Below, piece by piece: positions 49,557 through 62,145 of a stretch of DNA of 64,000 nt. The notes under the pieces are model-generated. The model was not told where the DNA came from and searched no databases. It saw nothing but the letters and a program-made list of their open reading frames with translations. Every line of letters begins with the position of its first letter. Positions within the stretch are counted from its first letter, which is position 1. The position numbers and the translations under genes were made by a program. The stretch spans positions 187,561 to 251,560 of the forward strand of contig DF237013.1 in assembly GCA_000708835.1 (NCBI GenBank). Reading direction: 5' to 3'. The DNA is from Klebsormidium nitens. Lineage: Eukaryota > Plantae > Klebsormidiophyceae.

Positions 49557-51866
49557 TAGTACTTACCGGTATGTACCTACTGTGGACCGGTCACCGTCCG
49601 ACTCATCGTCGATCACTACCTAGGTACCTATACCGTATTACGGTTTACCGTACCCCGGCGGGGCTCCGGAAACGGCGACGGCCGAGGGCAGGGTGCACTC
49701 ACTGCACTGTGCGCGGCATTTTTGCGGCACGCCGCACCGGGGTAGAATTTGCTCACTGCCTGTAGCTCCGCGAGAAGCCTGGCTGTCGTCGTCTCCGAGG
49801 CTCGGCCGGCCGCGGGGGATCATCCGATTTAAGTAGATACCTAAATCGATCACCGGTAAACCACGAGAGTACGGACCATTCCGGTCCGAATGCGGTTGAA
49901 ACGCAAGAAAGATAATAATAAGCCCAATATAGAATATTATAGCCCCAGCCACCGACTAAGATCAGAAACCCTAACCCAAAAAAAAACACCGGCTCAGCTC
50001 CGTACCCTTACCCACCCTAACCCCCAAACCAACCCTGCCCGTCCCAGTGCGGTTACCTCTAATTGTTATCTCAGCTTCCTATAATACTGTAGCTATCTTA
50101 ATTCTTGAGTTTTGTTTGATAGCACAGGTATGTACATTTCGTACGCCGTACGCACTTTACTTTCATACAAGCTGCCGGGTACGATCTATAAGAAGATCCC
50201 GTCGGTACACACCAGCAAATCTCCGTGAGATCCCGGTAGGTACCGCGGGTACATGGACGTACCATGGTGAGGTGGATTCTCTCCCGCCAATGTAGCTTCT
50301 TCAAACAAAGGTGACGTAGATGTACCCATCATCGTCAGTGCAGGCCCGGGGCTACGTGGCCCTACTCCGGAGTCCGGATTCAACATTCAAGACATGTGCT
50401 GTGTAAACCGTCACGGTACTCAGTGCTCACACCGTGACAGCCTGTGGAAGTAGGTAGGTACGAATTTTTGACCTGCGCCGTACAGACGTTACAGAGAAGA
50501 GCTCAACGCACGTGCGCCTTCTTTGCAGCTATCTTTGGACCCAAAGAGAGACGTGCATCCTGAGATGATCGTAGAGCCTGGAGAGTGATCGTCTCGGAGG
50601 ATTGAGTCCGCGCCGCTGGGTTCCTCTTCGAAGTCCAGAGGTGCAGGCTCCATCACTGGCATCAGGCAGCTAGGTAACACAAAAGCCGGACCATGAGCCG
50701 AAGAGGATTGGGCAAGGAGTAAGTAGCTGCTAGCTCAGAATGATTAGTGAAGGAAGGAAGCAGCTCGCTGAGAAAGTGGAAGTCGATCTGCACCTGACCA
50801 CTTTAGGTTACATATTTTATCAGTTGGTTTAGCCTTGATCTGCGCAGCATTGTAAGTAAGCCTGGCCTGCTCCTGGGAGGGATGAGCAATCACGGCCACC
50901 GAGGTTGTCTAAGGAATGTGTTGCAGCAAATCCGTTGGGGGCCACATGATGAATATGGTGCCACGCAGAGATCATGTTGTTGTCTGCTGATCTGATCGCG
51001 CCGATCAATCAATCAGGAGCAGCAGCATAGCAGCAGGGTTGCTTTGATTACCACATTGTTGCGCAAGTGCCTCTCCCAAGAGGAGCTTTTCTAGAGCTTA
51101 GCCACAGGCTTCAGAGGGGGTGATCATGGAAGAACCGCCAAAGTCAGCTGCCAATAGAACGTGGACTTTGCAGGAACCAAGGTACGTATCTACAAGAGGT
51201 TCCGAGTGTTCAGTTGAAGTCAATTAAGAGCACTCAGCGTTGCAGAAACTGGCCCTCTGCGAGTTGGTGTCCTGACTATGCTATCGGTGCTCATCCTCCG
51301 GTCAGTTCTGCGCAATCCGAATATATAAGAATGTGGGATGGCTTCGGTGCCTGTGCTTCCCCTTCAATCTTCCCTAGTGTTTTGTTTGCCATGTTTACCC
51401 TGTCATGGGGCAGATGTTGAAATTGGGGGCAGTCACCATGTGCACAGCTATAGCTGGTTGACAGTATCCCTCCTTGCCTGTTTCAACCAGAATGAGTTAA
51501 CGTCAAGCCGAAAAAGACCTGGGTTGCAAAGAGCTGCTCCAGCTGTGATCCCAGTTTGGAGAGAAAGCCCCACAAGGGTGCAGAATGTTGCTTGTTTCTG
51601 ACTTTGCAGTTGATGTCCGCACTTTGAATGGATTATTGGCAGGGGCCCAGCTGTGTGTTTCCTGCCTCTCAATACAACATGCTGCTGATCAGCCCCCCAT
51701 ACTTTACAGTGGCTCCAGCCGTTGGCACCGCAATTGAAGCTCTGCACTCTTTCTCAATCGACGCAGGTATAGCTGGACCCATCGGCCCCTCACGCTCAAT
51801 GCTTTCCGGACTCTGGAGGTCTTCGGAGCACTGAGTATTTGAGGGGGCCCTCAGGGACTCAAAAGG

Positions 51867-54800
51867 ATGGGGCTCGCGGTAGCCGACGTGGGGGGGGAGT
51901 CTGTGGAAGCAAAGCCAGGCTTCAAGCTGGTGGCAATTGCAATATTCCAAGACCAGAATATGCAAGGTTAGTTAACAACCTTCAATTTTGGTGAAATTCT
52001 GTGGCTGTTTGGATGGAGATAAAGTCTACCGTATGGCTGCTTTGATTGAGGAACACCCCTGAAGCGTGGAAACTGTCAGTGCCTGATGCGGCAGTTCCGC
52101 ACTTCTTGTCTTCCTGTCTTGGCAACCTCAGGCTGAGCTGCCAACAGCTTGCTTTACATCTATCAGTCAAGCTTTGAAACTTGAAGAAAGGTCTTAACCA
52201 ACCTGTGTGTCCCTGAAACTTAGTTCTGGCAATAACCTCTGAGCTAGGTACTCTGGTTCGTTTTCAAAGCCATGGGCAAACAGACCAACAGAGAGCTCCA
52301 TAAACAAGCTTGAGAGGGACGATCAGCTGTTTCAATTGACAGGTGAAGCCACGTCTTAGAGGTGCTATATGGCTTGACCCACTCAAACACCGCAGTCAAG
52401 TGAGTGACGTTTTCATCCGGTGCAGAGGACATCCGGAGCGTTCAGGTGTATTTACAGGGGGGGCAGTACATGGCTCTCCAGCAGGGCTTCTGTCTTTCCC
52501 CCACCGGCTACTACCCGCTTCACGAACCTATTGGAATGTGAGCTTTTCCTCCTTTGCCTTCACCACATTTGTAAGGCCAAGGATGGTGTCATTTACTTCA
52601 AGCAGCGCCGCTTTGGGGGTTTGGGATAGACAATGGGGAGGCCCTTTCAAGAACCCCCTCTTTGCAGTGACAGCCTTCTTGCACTCTTGTGACAGTAACC
52701 TTATCTTTGAAGATGGTTAGGGATAGGCAGAGGGGAAGTCCCTCTTAAGGCTTCAGCCAGGCCCAATGTCACTAGTAATGATTAATTGTTTCTTCTGAAG
52801 GTTACCCTTATTAACCTCTGTTTGGCCCAGTTGGGGGACTTATCAAGAATCGGCAGGTTTGATGTTGAGCATGACATGTGTCCTCTTTCATCTGAACCGT
52901 CGCTGGGTTTTCAGCAACCTGGACTTATGGGACTGCCAGGACCGACCTAGATGAGATGCCTGCACGAACTGCCAACCAGGAGTTGGGGGGCACTTCTAGA
53001 ATGCATCTCTGGGTCTGCTCTCTCTACCAATCCTTGGTGAAACCTCGTTCAGTTGCAGGTTGGTTTGTTTGGTGATGCACTTATGTGGTCAGATTTACAC
53101 AGGAGTCGCTGTAGCCTGGCAAGGTTTCTAGGGCAAGTCTGCATGCAAGGTCTGACCTTGAGACGCCAACTTTGTAGATTTGAGACGCCGACGTTGCAGA
53201 TTACTTCTGGAACCTTGCCCCCACCCTTTTGAGATTCTCTGTTGGGTGGAAAGTTGGCGCTGACCCGGCTGATCCAGGTCTTGCAAAGCCCTGCCCATGA
53301 TTTCGGCCTCCACAAGCTTGTGGTCCAATGATGCTAAGCCGCCTTAGCTTCTACTTCTGTTAAAGCTAAGTTGGACTGGTGGCCTCCTCCCACCCTCTTC
53401 AAGTTCCTACTAACATCTTGATTGATAAGTTCAGAGCTGGCATTTATTTCCTTCCCCTTTCTTGACAGCAAAGTCTGACATTTGGGCAAGCTTCGGCCCT
53501 GCAGGTTCTTTACTAACGAGGCCGACTCACTCCGCTTTATGGCCCGCAAGAAGGCTGAGAAAGACTGGGCCTGTATTCTGGACTATGCTGAGTATCTGCC
53601 TCCGCCCATGTCGCTCAATCCGCTGCTGTCTCCGACGAGGTAGGTCACGTCACAGGATGTCCCAACGACTGAAGCACCAAACTTTGAATGCAGAAACAAA
53701 GGAGGGGCATGGATAAAGAGATCGACACTGGCAGCTTTCATATTTCTGACATGGATCCTTTACGTCAAAACGGTGCCAGGCCATGTCAGAGTTCGCACCA
53801 TGTGATGCTTGCGTCAGGCACGAGTAAGTTGAGTTGTTCACAGAGCCTTTTTGGAAAAGTATTGAGTGCTCTGACAGCCTACAATGAATCAGGCTGATGG
53901 CACCAAAACGTGTTTAAAAGCTTAAAAGCTTAAAGGACAGAAACCTTTATTGAAACTCTGAAACTCTTCAGGAACCCTCGGCTAAAGCAGCTGCCTACTT
54001 TGGAAAGTGATCTGGCTCAAGTGGAGGCCGCAATTGAGTATGCGTCCCATGGTAGCGAACACAGCGGGACCTCATCTTCGGTCCCTGAAGTCGGGTAAGG
54101 CTCACAAGACAGCTCTTTCTTCCTGCTAACTCTTATGGACTGCCCCTCTTATGATCTTTAATAAAACTCGGTTTGCAGCGATGCTCTCCAGGACAGGTCC
54201 CTTATTTGGCCCGATGCCTGTTTTCCTAAACCCTCCGCCTAGCTGACTGAATCTTTTTGCCCCTCCTAAGCAGCTTCTGAGCTCATCTAGTCTTCAAGCC
54301 CTCAAAACCTCTCCTTAACCCATTCTCGTTGCTGCTGCGGCACTCACGCTTTCTGAACTTGTCTTTACCCCATGCTCTCTAAACCTTTTTTGAAACCCAT
54401 CCTCTTGGCTGCTGCGGCACTACCGCCTCCCCAAACCCTTTCCTTCACCCACTTTCTTTGCTGCAGTGTGCCGCAGAGACTTGTTGGTGGCGCCCTGTGG
54501 CCCGAGACGGAGCCCCGGGGATACGAGGAGCTCTTTCTTCCGACGCCGAGTCCTCAGGAAGGAACGCCGTCGGAAGTGGAACGGAAGGACTACTCGCTCG
54601 ACCAAAGGGCACTCGATAGCTTGCTCCTCTCGCCGAGGGCGGAGTTTCTGACAGGTGGGGAAGGATCGAACGTTGACAATTTACTCTTATTGTAAATTGT
54701 TTCTTTAAGTGGCCACGAAGGATTTGAAAGGCTTACGGAGGATGGCCCCTTGCGGATGCTTATGGAAAGGATCGAAAAGATGGCAGTACGATTCTCAGCA

Positions 54801-57800
54801 TGGCAGGCAAGTATTTGTTCTTTACACTCGGAAGCTTTCCGTGGGCTTTTGACAGCGCCGCAGTCGTTAGTTAAGGCTCTATTTATTCAGAGCATCTGGT
54901 CGTCTTCTTCGAGCCCTCACGAAAGCTTGTTAGCTCGCAGTACAAAATACTTTCACCTGCTGGTTTGGAGGCCCTCCTGTTCTGGACCCAGATCTCGGTG
55001 CCACGCTCGTTCCCTCTAGCGCGATGCATTCAGCATCGTTCGACCATGTTTCTGGAAAGAAGCCCACTTGCGAGCATGTTAATCAGCGGCTGCATTCCCT
55101 TCCTCTGCAGCATTTCAAAGACCCCCGCCTCCCCCCCGGGTATCTAGCTCCGGCGCGCTGTCATCGGCCCACGCTCTGGCGGCTGCCCCTCCCCGGCCCC
55201 AAAGATCCAACCTCATGCTACCCCCCCATTCAAGTACCCCCGAACTCTCCCCCCTGCGCGCTCTTCTTGCCCACCACGGCGACAACCCTCTCCCGGGGGG
55301 GTCGTTTTTGCAGCCGTTCAGCGCGAACCAGCCCCCCCCTCCCCGCACGACTCTTGGGACCCCCGGACAAACGGCGCGGATCGCGCGCCCTCTCTCCACT
55401 GAAGGCCTCGTTTCCCCTCGTTACTTCGATACACGCGGCGCCTTCGCTTCTTCCGGGGGCCTCGTTTCGACCGTGGCCGCCGTTCCAGTCGGGAGCGAGA
55501 CCAGCGCAAGCGACGCCCTGGCCTCGCACAGGGCCCCCGCCTCGGAAGCGCTGTCCGGGGTGAAGGAGTGGGTTAAGGTTTCGTTTGATTCACCCGAGAA
55601 GCGGGGCCGGCCGCCGAAGACGGAGGTTGATCTGGAGAGCATCCGCGAGTTCATTCGCCGGGAGGCGAAGCGGCCCATGCTGCCTGGGGATCAGGGCACC
55701 GCCCGGAACGATCAATCTGTGTACCAGTCTTTGCACGCGGACAATCTACTGCTGCAGATAGGTCTGGAAAACCCCTCTCCGCAGAATGACTGGAGAACGA
55801 GTTCAGACCCGGGGGGCGCGCAGCAGCGCGGCGAGCTGGGGATGCTCTTCCGCGCTTGCTCGGAGCCTGCTTTTCTGAGCCCGGGGAAAAGTCCCGAGGA
55901 CCTCGATGCGCGGCAACTGAACCTGCCGAACACCCCGGGGGGTCAGTTTCGAGGCTGGGAGCACCCCCCCGGGGACTCACCATTCGCCGGAAGGGCCGTG
56001 AACGGCTTGCTCGCGCAGGGCTTCGAAGGTTCGGCGCATATGCGGAGACCCGCTTCGGAGCCGAATCTTGGAGCTTTTCAAGCACTTGGGGCTAACCAAG
56101 GACTCGTTTCTAGTCTCTGGCAGCCTGGCAACGGAGTAGAAGTGGGCCCCTTCGAACCTGGCACTCTCGAGGCCGCCGAGAGTGCTCGGTTGAACATTGC
56201 GGAGTTTCTGCACAGTCTGCCGCCCAGCCGGGGGGGTGCGACTCCCAGGAAGGCGGCAGTGCTCATGTTGGAAGATTTGACCCCCTATTTCGATATGCCC
56301 ATGGCCGATGCGTGTAAGGCCCTAGGCGTGGGGGCTACGGTGAGTGCTGTTCGCGTTTCTGCTTTAACTTCACGGGTCTTGATCAGAGAAGGTTTTGAAG
56401 CCAGATTGTGGGTGACTTTTGGACCGCACAATTGCTCCGTCGGGCAGATGTTCTAAATCAGAGGCAGTATAACGATTGAATGAGGTTTGGCCAGGAAAGT
56501 GACTCGAAGCCGAATTTCTTAAGATCGGCGACAACTGTTTTTGACGTTCCGGGTGGCATACTTTGAGTTGAGCCTCAACTGAAGGCCCGCGTCGATCGCT
56601 GAACATCGCAGCCAGACGGTCTCTCAGGCCCGAGTTTGAGCGGTACTTTCAAAGCGCAGCGTGCTTCATAGCCGCCCATTTAGTTGCAGATTGCAGTGGT
56701 GTGAAGCTTTTGCCGACGAGTACTACTTGTCTTTTGCCGGTCTTCAAAATTGTTGGGTTGATCGCGCGCTCTGTCCTCGTGTTGAAGTTCTATTCTCCCT
56801 TGCGTTATGTATCACAGCAAAGACTGCCACGTGTTTTTCATACGGCTTTTCATCGTGTTGGCTGAAGATGCATTCAGGGGTTTGACTTTACGGGTCAGGG
56901 TTTTCGTGATTCGTTTTTCTTCACAATTTTTTTATGGGTCGACTGACTGCCTCCTGAAGCGTACGAGCAAAACGACTTAATGATGAGGTCAGAGGTTCTA
57001 TAAAAGTTCCTGGTGTGAATATTGAGTACGTCTCGGAGGTCAATACCTTACATCCGGAGTCCCATTGTCACACAAACTGTCTGCGGTTCGCAGGTGCTCA
57101 AAAGGCGGTGCCGGGAGTTGGACATTCCTCGCTGGCCGTACCGCAAAGTGAAGAGTATCGACGGCCTCATCCAAACGATCAGAGAGTTGGGCGACGGCAA
57201 TACATCGCAGCAGGTGCTTTGGGATTTGTGAATGCTGGGGTCCGAGGATTTTGGAGGTTTCATTTGTCGGGTCTTCTGAGGTTCGAAGCTGTTGGATGCA
57301 TACTGGGAAGTCATTTGGTGCTTCTAAGAGGTCTGGGTTGTCCGCACGTCTGAGTATGAAGATTTTCGGATAGGGATTGCTCGTGATTCCGGATGCTGGG
57401 TGCGTAAGACTCTGGTCAGAGCTTTAGCCGATTCAAAAGAATGTCTGGACATGATTCAAGTACTTGGATGCGAAAAGGTCCAAGCTTTTCGTGCAGCTAG
57501 TTCATCACAGCCTCTTTGGGTGTCACCTGAAGGTTTGCACCCTTCTAGCAACTCCTTTTCAGGCCAAATCCGGTCGAAAGAAGAGTCGGAGCGGTCGAGC
57601 TTGGTCTTGAAACATCCTCTGCGAGTTCTCTCTTGCCTGGAGCAGTGACAGGCGCGAAGTGCAGGTTTATTCAGCAGCAAATCCGCCACCTTTACAAACT
57701 CTGTATTTCCAAACTCTTGATGCAGGTTGAGAACGCGCTTGAAAGGCTTGCTGGCGAGAAGAAGCGCATCGCGGAGCAGCCCAGTCTGGGGATGGCGCAG

Positions 57801-57875
57801 GAGACCAAGAAGTTCCGGCAGGCGTGCTTCAAGGCGAGCCACAAGATCAGGAAAAAGAGCTACCCCGGCGCCTGA
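51867..57875 (+). CDS. RKD: RWP-RK transcription factor, RKD subfamily (MpRKD/AtRKD5-like architecture), about 718 aa
   Basis: Exons 51867-51966, 52426-52537, 53505-53639, 53972-54094, 54467-54654, 55111-56339, 57094-57213, 57726-57875 (2157 nt, phases consistent). RWP-RK domain [48 protein letters not shown]. RKD-type C-terminal motif GMAQETKKFRQACFKASHKIR. N-terminal LLSPTRNPRLKQLPTLESDL resembles, from recall, the RKD5-type N-domain. No PB1 or GAF domain, so not an NLP. The 5' exons are less certain than the last three. Confidence 0.85.
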
Positions 57876-59750
57876 GCCGGCCAGATGATGACACGTGGGC
57901 GTGGAGAGATGACGACACGTGGCAGCGTGGGAGTAGAAAGCACTACCGTAGTTCGGCAGGCATCGTTCTTAAGGCGGTCGATAGCGATCGCAGTACAGTT
58001 GCCGCCTCATGACGACGACTTCCGAGATTCCATGCCGTTAAGTTTCTTCGCGGGTTGCGCCGCTGTAGCGTTGCCGCAAGTTGCGCCACTGCATTGGAAG
58101 AACGTGTTGCATTCTTTGTAAAATAGAGACACAAACGGTCCGAGTTCCCCGTCTATACGACGTGTGGCACAGTCAGAACCGTGAAACATCCCGCCGGTTC
58201 TGTTACAGCTCATCGTTCGCGCCGCAAGCTTGACATAAGTCGTCAGAACAGCTCATTTCATATGTACAGCCTAGTCGGTGGCGGCAGCTAGGCACACTGC
58301 AGCAAACATGCGGACCGTCCGAATAAGAGTTCCAGACCAATCGGCACGCCGGGCTCGATAATAAGCAGTCAACTAGGGATAGCTATAGGAGACGTTGCCA
58401 GCAGTTGCTATATATAGTCGTCTCCTTCGATAGCAACACTTAGTTCAAAGCGCTAGGGCTGGCAGGGATCAGTGAGTTTTCAATTGGTCGGCAACCCTGA
58501 AACAATTGGCTAACGCGAAACGATCAGCAAACCGTTGTATGAGCCTGCAGCGGAAGATTTTTGCAATAAAGACAAACTGAAAAACTTACTTTAAAAGACT
58601 GGGTAAGGCGTGCGTGATGCTCTATGCAACATTAACTTTGATCCTAGTAGCCTAAATCACGTACCTCAGCATCCGTTCTTTTCCAAGTCAAGTAATAGAA
58701 GCGGCAATGAGTCCGGTTGATGCCAGATTGGAAGCCACTGGTAGCTTCAATTCATGTTTGCGCAGGCTGGTAGCTTTACCTATACTTTACTGCACCCACA
58801 AGCACGGGCACGGCGAGCTGGTTCAACGGCCCGAATATTAAACCGCCGAAGCTAGCGATGCACATATGCATATGCCCAATTCGCGTTCTAGGTGACCCAT
58901 ATATGTACCCCGCTATTGTATAGAGTAAGATAGATCTAGTTGTCTGCATGCATGGCTCCACTCGGTGATCACTTGGTTTTATAAAACCTGAGCCATCGAT
59001 CGCCGCGCGCGGCGCGGCAACACTTCGCTTCAAGACGTACCGGGATGCAACGAGTCGATCAATGACTCTGCAGCTTGGTACGGCTGCAATTGTCATGTCT
59101 AGTGTTAATTACACTACTCCATGCAATCATGGGTGATGCAATCACGTGCGCGTACTTCTATTCATGTATAAATATACGCTTGGGCACCCGCATATGGCGC
59201 ATCGATCATCAGATCCCTGATCGACGCAATGTACAACACTGACGTGACGCACAGACAATTCTTGCGATGGCTGCAATTTGGTACATGTGTATACCGGCCG
59301 GCGACGTGCAGAAATTAGTTGCAAATCGCACTGAAAATCACGCGTACTAAGGCATCTGTAATTTTGAGCCAGAGGTGAGGAGCTAATATTTTGGATGCGA
59401 AACCATGGCTTAATGCCCTAGCATGCAGGGGCGGTGCGATGGAAATCTTAGTAAGATTAGGAATGTTGAATTCCGGATTGTACAAAACTTGAAATGCAGG
59501 GTACCGCGTGTGCATTCATCATGGCCCTACTATGGCCAAAGGCCGCGCCGCAATTAAGAGACACTGCTGGTAAAGTCCAACTTGATGTACTTAGTAATGT
59601 GCGTAGCGAGCCGCTCATCATGATATTGATCCGCCATATGGGTAGTGATCCTGCAAACCAAATTTACGACGTCAAGATACAAAGAATCAACTAAGAATCA
59701 ACTAATTGCGATATCAATATTGACTTACTACCTTTGGCAGTACAATGCAT

Positions 59751-60228
59751 TGTCGCCTCCATACAGCTCTTGCCAGATCATCTCGACACAATAGATACAG
59801 CCAGATACTATATCACTGCACCATGTGATTGTTCTGCGCCACATTCCACGCATCACAGAAGGTCCATGAATGTGATAGGTATACACAGCACTACTCGCGC
59901 GCGCTCCGCGCTTGCACATGAGACTTACTTCAGGCCATCGTTCAGCTGTCAAGAGTTCCTTATTACACCGTCTCTACCACAGCCTTGGATTGAACAGAAG
60001 AAAGAATGAAGCACAAGCTCACACCTGTCTGAAGTTCTAGCCTAGGGCCTGAGTCATAGCCTATGCTACCGGCATGTCCTCATTTATTATCCAATTTTTG
60101 ATTTAACTACTAATTCAGACACGAATCGCATGCGACATGATCTGGCATGACAGCTGTCGCCTCCATACAGCTCTTGCCAGATCATCTCGACACAATAGAT
60201 ACAGCCAGATACTATATCACTGCACCAT
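59751..60228. repeat. Identical 74-bp direct repeat (putative LTR start) at 59751-59824 and 60155-60228
   Basis: tgtcgcctccatacagctcttgccagatcatctcgacacaatagatacagccagatactatatcactgcaccat occurs twice, 404 bp apart. Confidence 0.95.
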
Positions 60229-60316
60229 CCCCTCCTGGGCCCTGCGCCGGCAGCCGCCCAGCAAGGCCCACCTATAAAGCTGCTGGCCTCTGGCCCAGTG
60301 AGTCCTGTGCCCCCCG

Positions 60317-60451
60317 GCACCGCACACAATACCAGTCCCCCTCTGGGACTGCCGACAGGGGCCGGTCCAGGCACTCCAAGTGCCACCCTGCCCCACATCC
60401 GTCACACAGCAGCATCCTGGCTGCCCCCGACGCCTTCCGACACCTCGTGCA
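60317..60451 (-). other. PHD finger (C4HC3) at the integrase C-terminus
   Basis: CTRC-x11-CDGC-x4-H-x2-C-x14-CVRC in CTRCRKASGAARMLLCDGCGAGWHLECLDRPLSAVPEGDWYCVRC, in frame with the integrase core. Confidence 0.93.
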
Positions 60452-61831
60452 CGCGAAGTCTGGCGGAGGAACCGCCGCCCTCGGGTCCATCCTCCCGTCC
60501 ACATCGGGGCGGTGACACGGGGCACACCGCTCCACGTGAACCCGGACTGTCCTCGCATCCGCCCCCTCCAGCTCCAGGACGCCATTTGCCCCCACAGCCC
60601 GCACCCGCAGGACACGCTCACCTGCTCTAGTGTCCAGCGTGTCTAGCATCTCCCGCTGGAGATAAACATAATCCCCCACCCCGTACTGGACAAGCTGTGG
60701 CTTCCATGCCCCGCTGCGCGTCTTGGCGTACCGCAGCGTGTCGCGATGCTGCGCAATCTGGAGGTTGCCCATCGCCATGGGCATCCACCTCCCGAACAGC
60801 GCGGCCCGCTGCGCCACCAGCGCCCTCAACCGCTCCGGGCAATCCAGATCCAGCGGCTCCTCCAGCGCCACCTTGATTGCCCCGGGGACCACGGGATCCC
60901 TACCAAACAGGATCTGGTACGGGGAGAAGCCAGCCAGGGATGCCTGAGCACTGAAGTTATAGCCCATTGCCACCCATGGCAAGTAGGCATCCCACTCTTC
61001 AGACGCATGCCCCAAACACCACTTGCGCAGGGCCCGCTTCACCAACCCCACGACCCGCTCGCTCAACCCGTTGGCCTGCGGGTGGTAAGCCGACGTTGCG
61101 CGGTGATCAACCAGAGCTGCGTCAAGGCAGGCTTAAAAAGCGCCCCCGAACTCCCCGCCCCTGTCCGTGACCACCTCCGCGCACGCGCCATAGCGCGTTA
61201 GGACCTCCCGCGTAAACGCCGTCGCCACCGTGCCCGCCTATTTGTCCGGCGTAGGCACCAGGACGATGGTTTTGCTAGAGTGCTCAACCATGACCAGTAC
61301 ATATAGCTGGCCCCTGCTGGACTTGGGCAAGGGCCCTGCAAAGTCCAGGCCCCACCTATAAAACAGCCCCTTAATCGGCAATGGCTGCAGGGTCGGGTGC
61401 TTCACGTTGAACGCCGCCTTCGCGCGGTCGCACGCCCCACAGCCCCGGACCACCCTCGCCACGTCGGTGGCCAACCCCAGCCACCAGTAGTGCGGGGCAA
61501 GAAGAGACAGGGTCTTCTTGACCCCGAAGTGCCCGGCCCGCTCGTGGATGTCCCGGATGAGCCGCTCCCGCTCCCCAACTCGGGGCACCACCCGCTCGCC
61601 CCCTCCATCCATTCGCCGCACCAGATGGGTTCCCGCCCACCCATACTGTCGCGCTCGGTGCTCAGCCGATCGCGCTCTGCGCGATCTGCTGAGGGGGCAA
61701 ATCCTGACCCCCTGAGTAGCGCCAACAGCGGTGCATCCTCCCAGACCTCAGCCGCACCTGCCGCTTGGACCCCAGGGTGGGGCCCACCCCACTCCACCTC
61801 TACTCCCTGCGCCTCCGCGCCAGCGTCTTGT

Positions 61832-62145
61832 CCCAGCGCGCGCCCCAGCCCATGGACCTGGCGCCCCTCTAGCTGCATGCCTGGCGCCGCCGTTGTCGCG
61901 CGCGCTCCTGACTCACCGGCTAGCGCGTCTGCCCTGCGCCTCGGCAGTGCCCCCCCGGTCACCGCCCCCTGGCTGCGCCCCTGGCTGCGCTCCTGGCTCA
62001 GCGCGCGCTCCGGCTCCTGGACCTGGCGCCCTCCCAGCTGGCCGCCTGACGCCGCCACTGCTGCGCGCGCTCTGGACTCGCTGGCTGACGCGCCTGCCCT
62101 GTGCCTTGGCAGCGCCCCCCCGGCCACCGCCTCCTGGCTGCGTTC
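61832..62145 (-). repeat. In-frame 165-bp (55-aa) tandem duplication in the RNase H-integrase spacer
   Basis: 61832-61980 matches 61997-62145. Protein: QEAVAGGALPRHRAGASASESRARAAVAASGGQLGGRQVQEPERALSQ vs QGAVTGGALPRRRADALAGESGARATTAAPGMQLEGRQVHGLGRALGQ. Confidence 0.88.

Noticed and set aside
49966-50036. AAACCCTAACCC telomere-like words
   Set aside because: Only 1-2 imperfect units, not an array.
50946-51000. ATGATGA...CTGA resembling C/D-box snoRNA boxes
   Set aside because: Box spacing (about 45-50 nt) is too short and there is no terminal stem.
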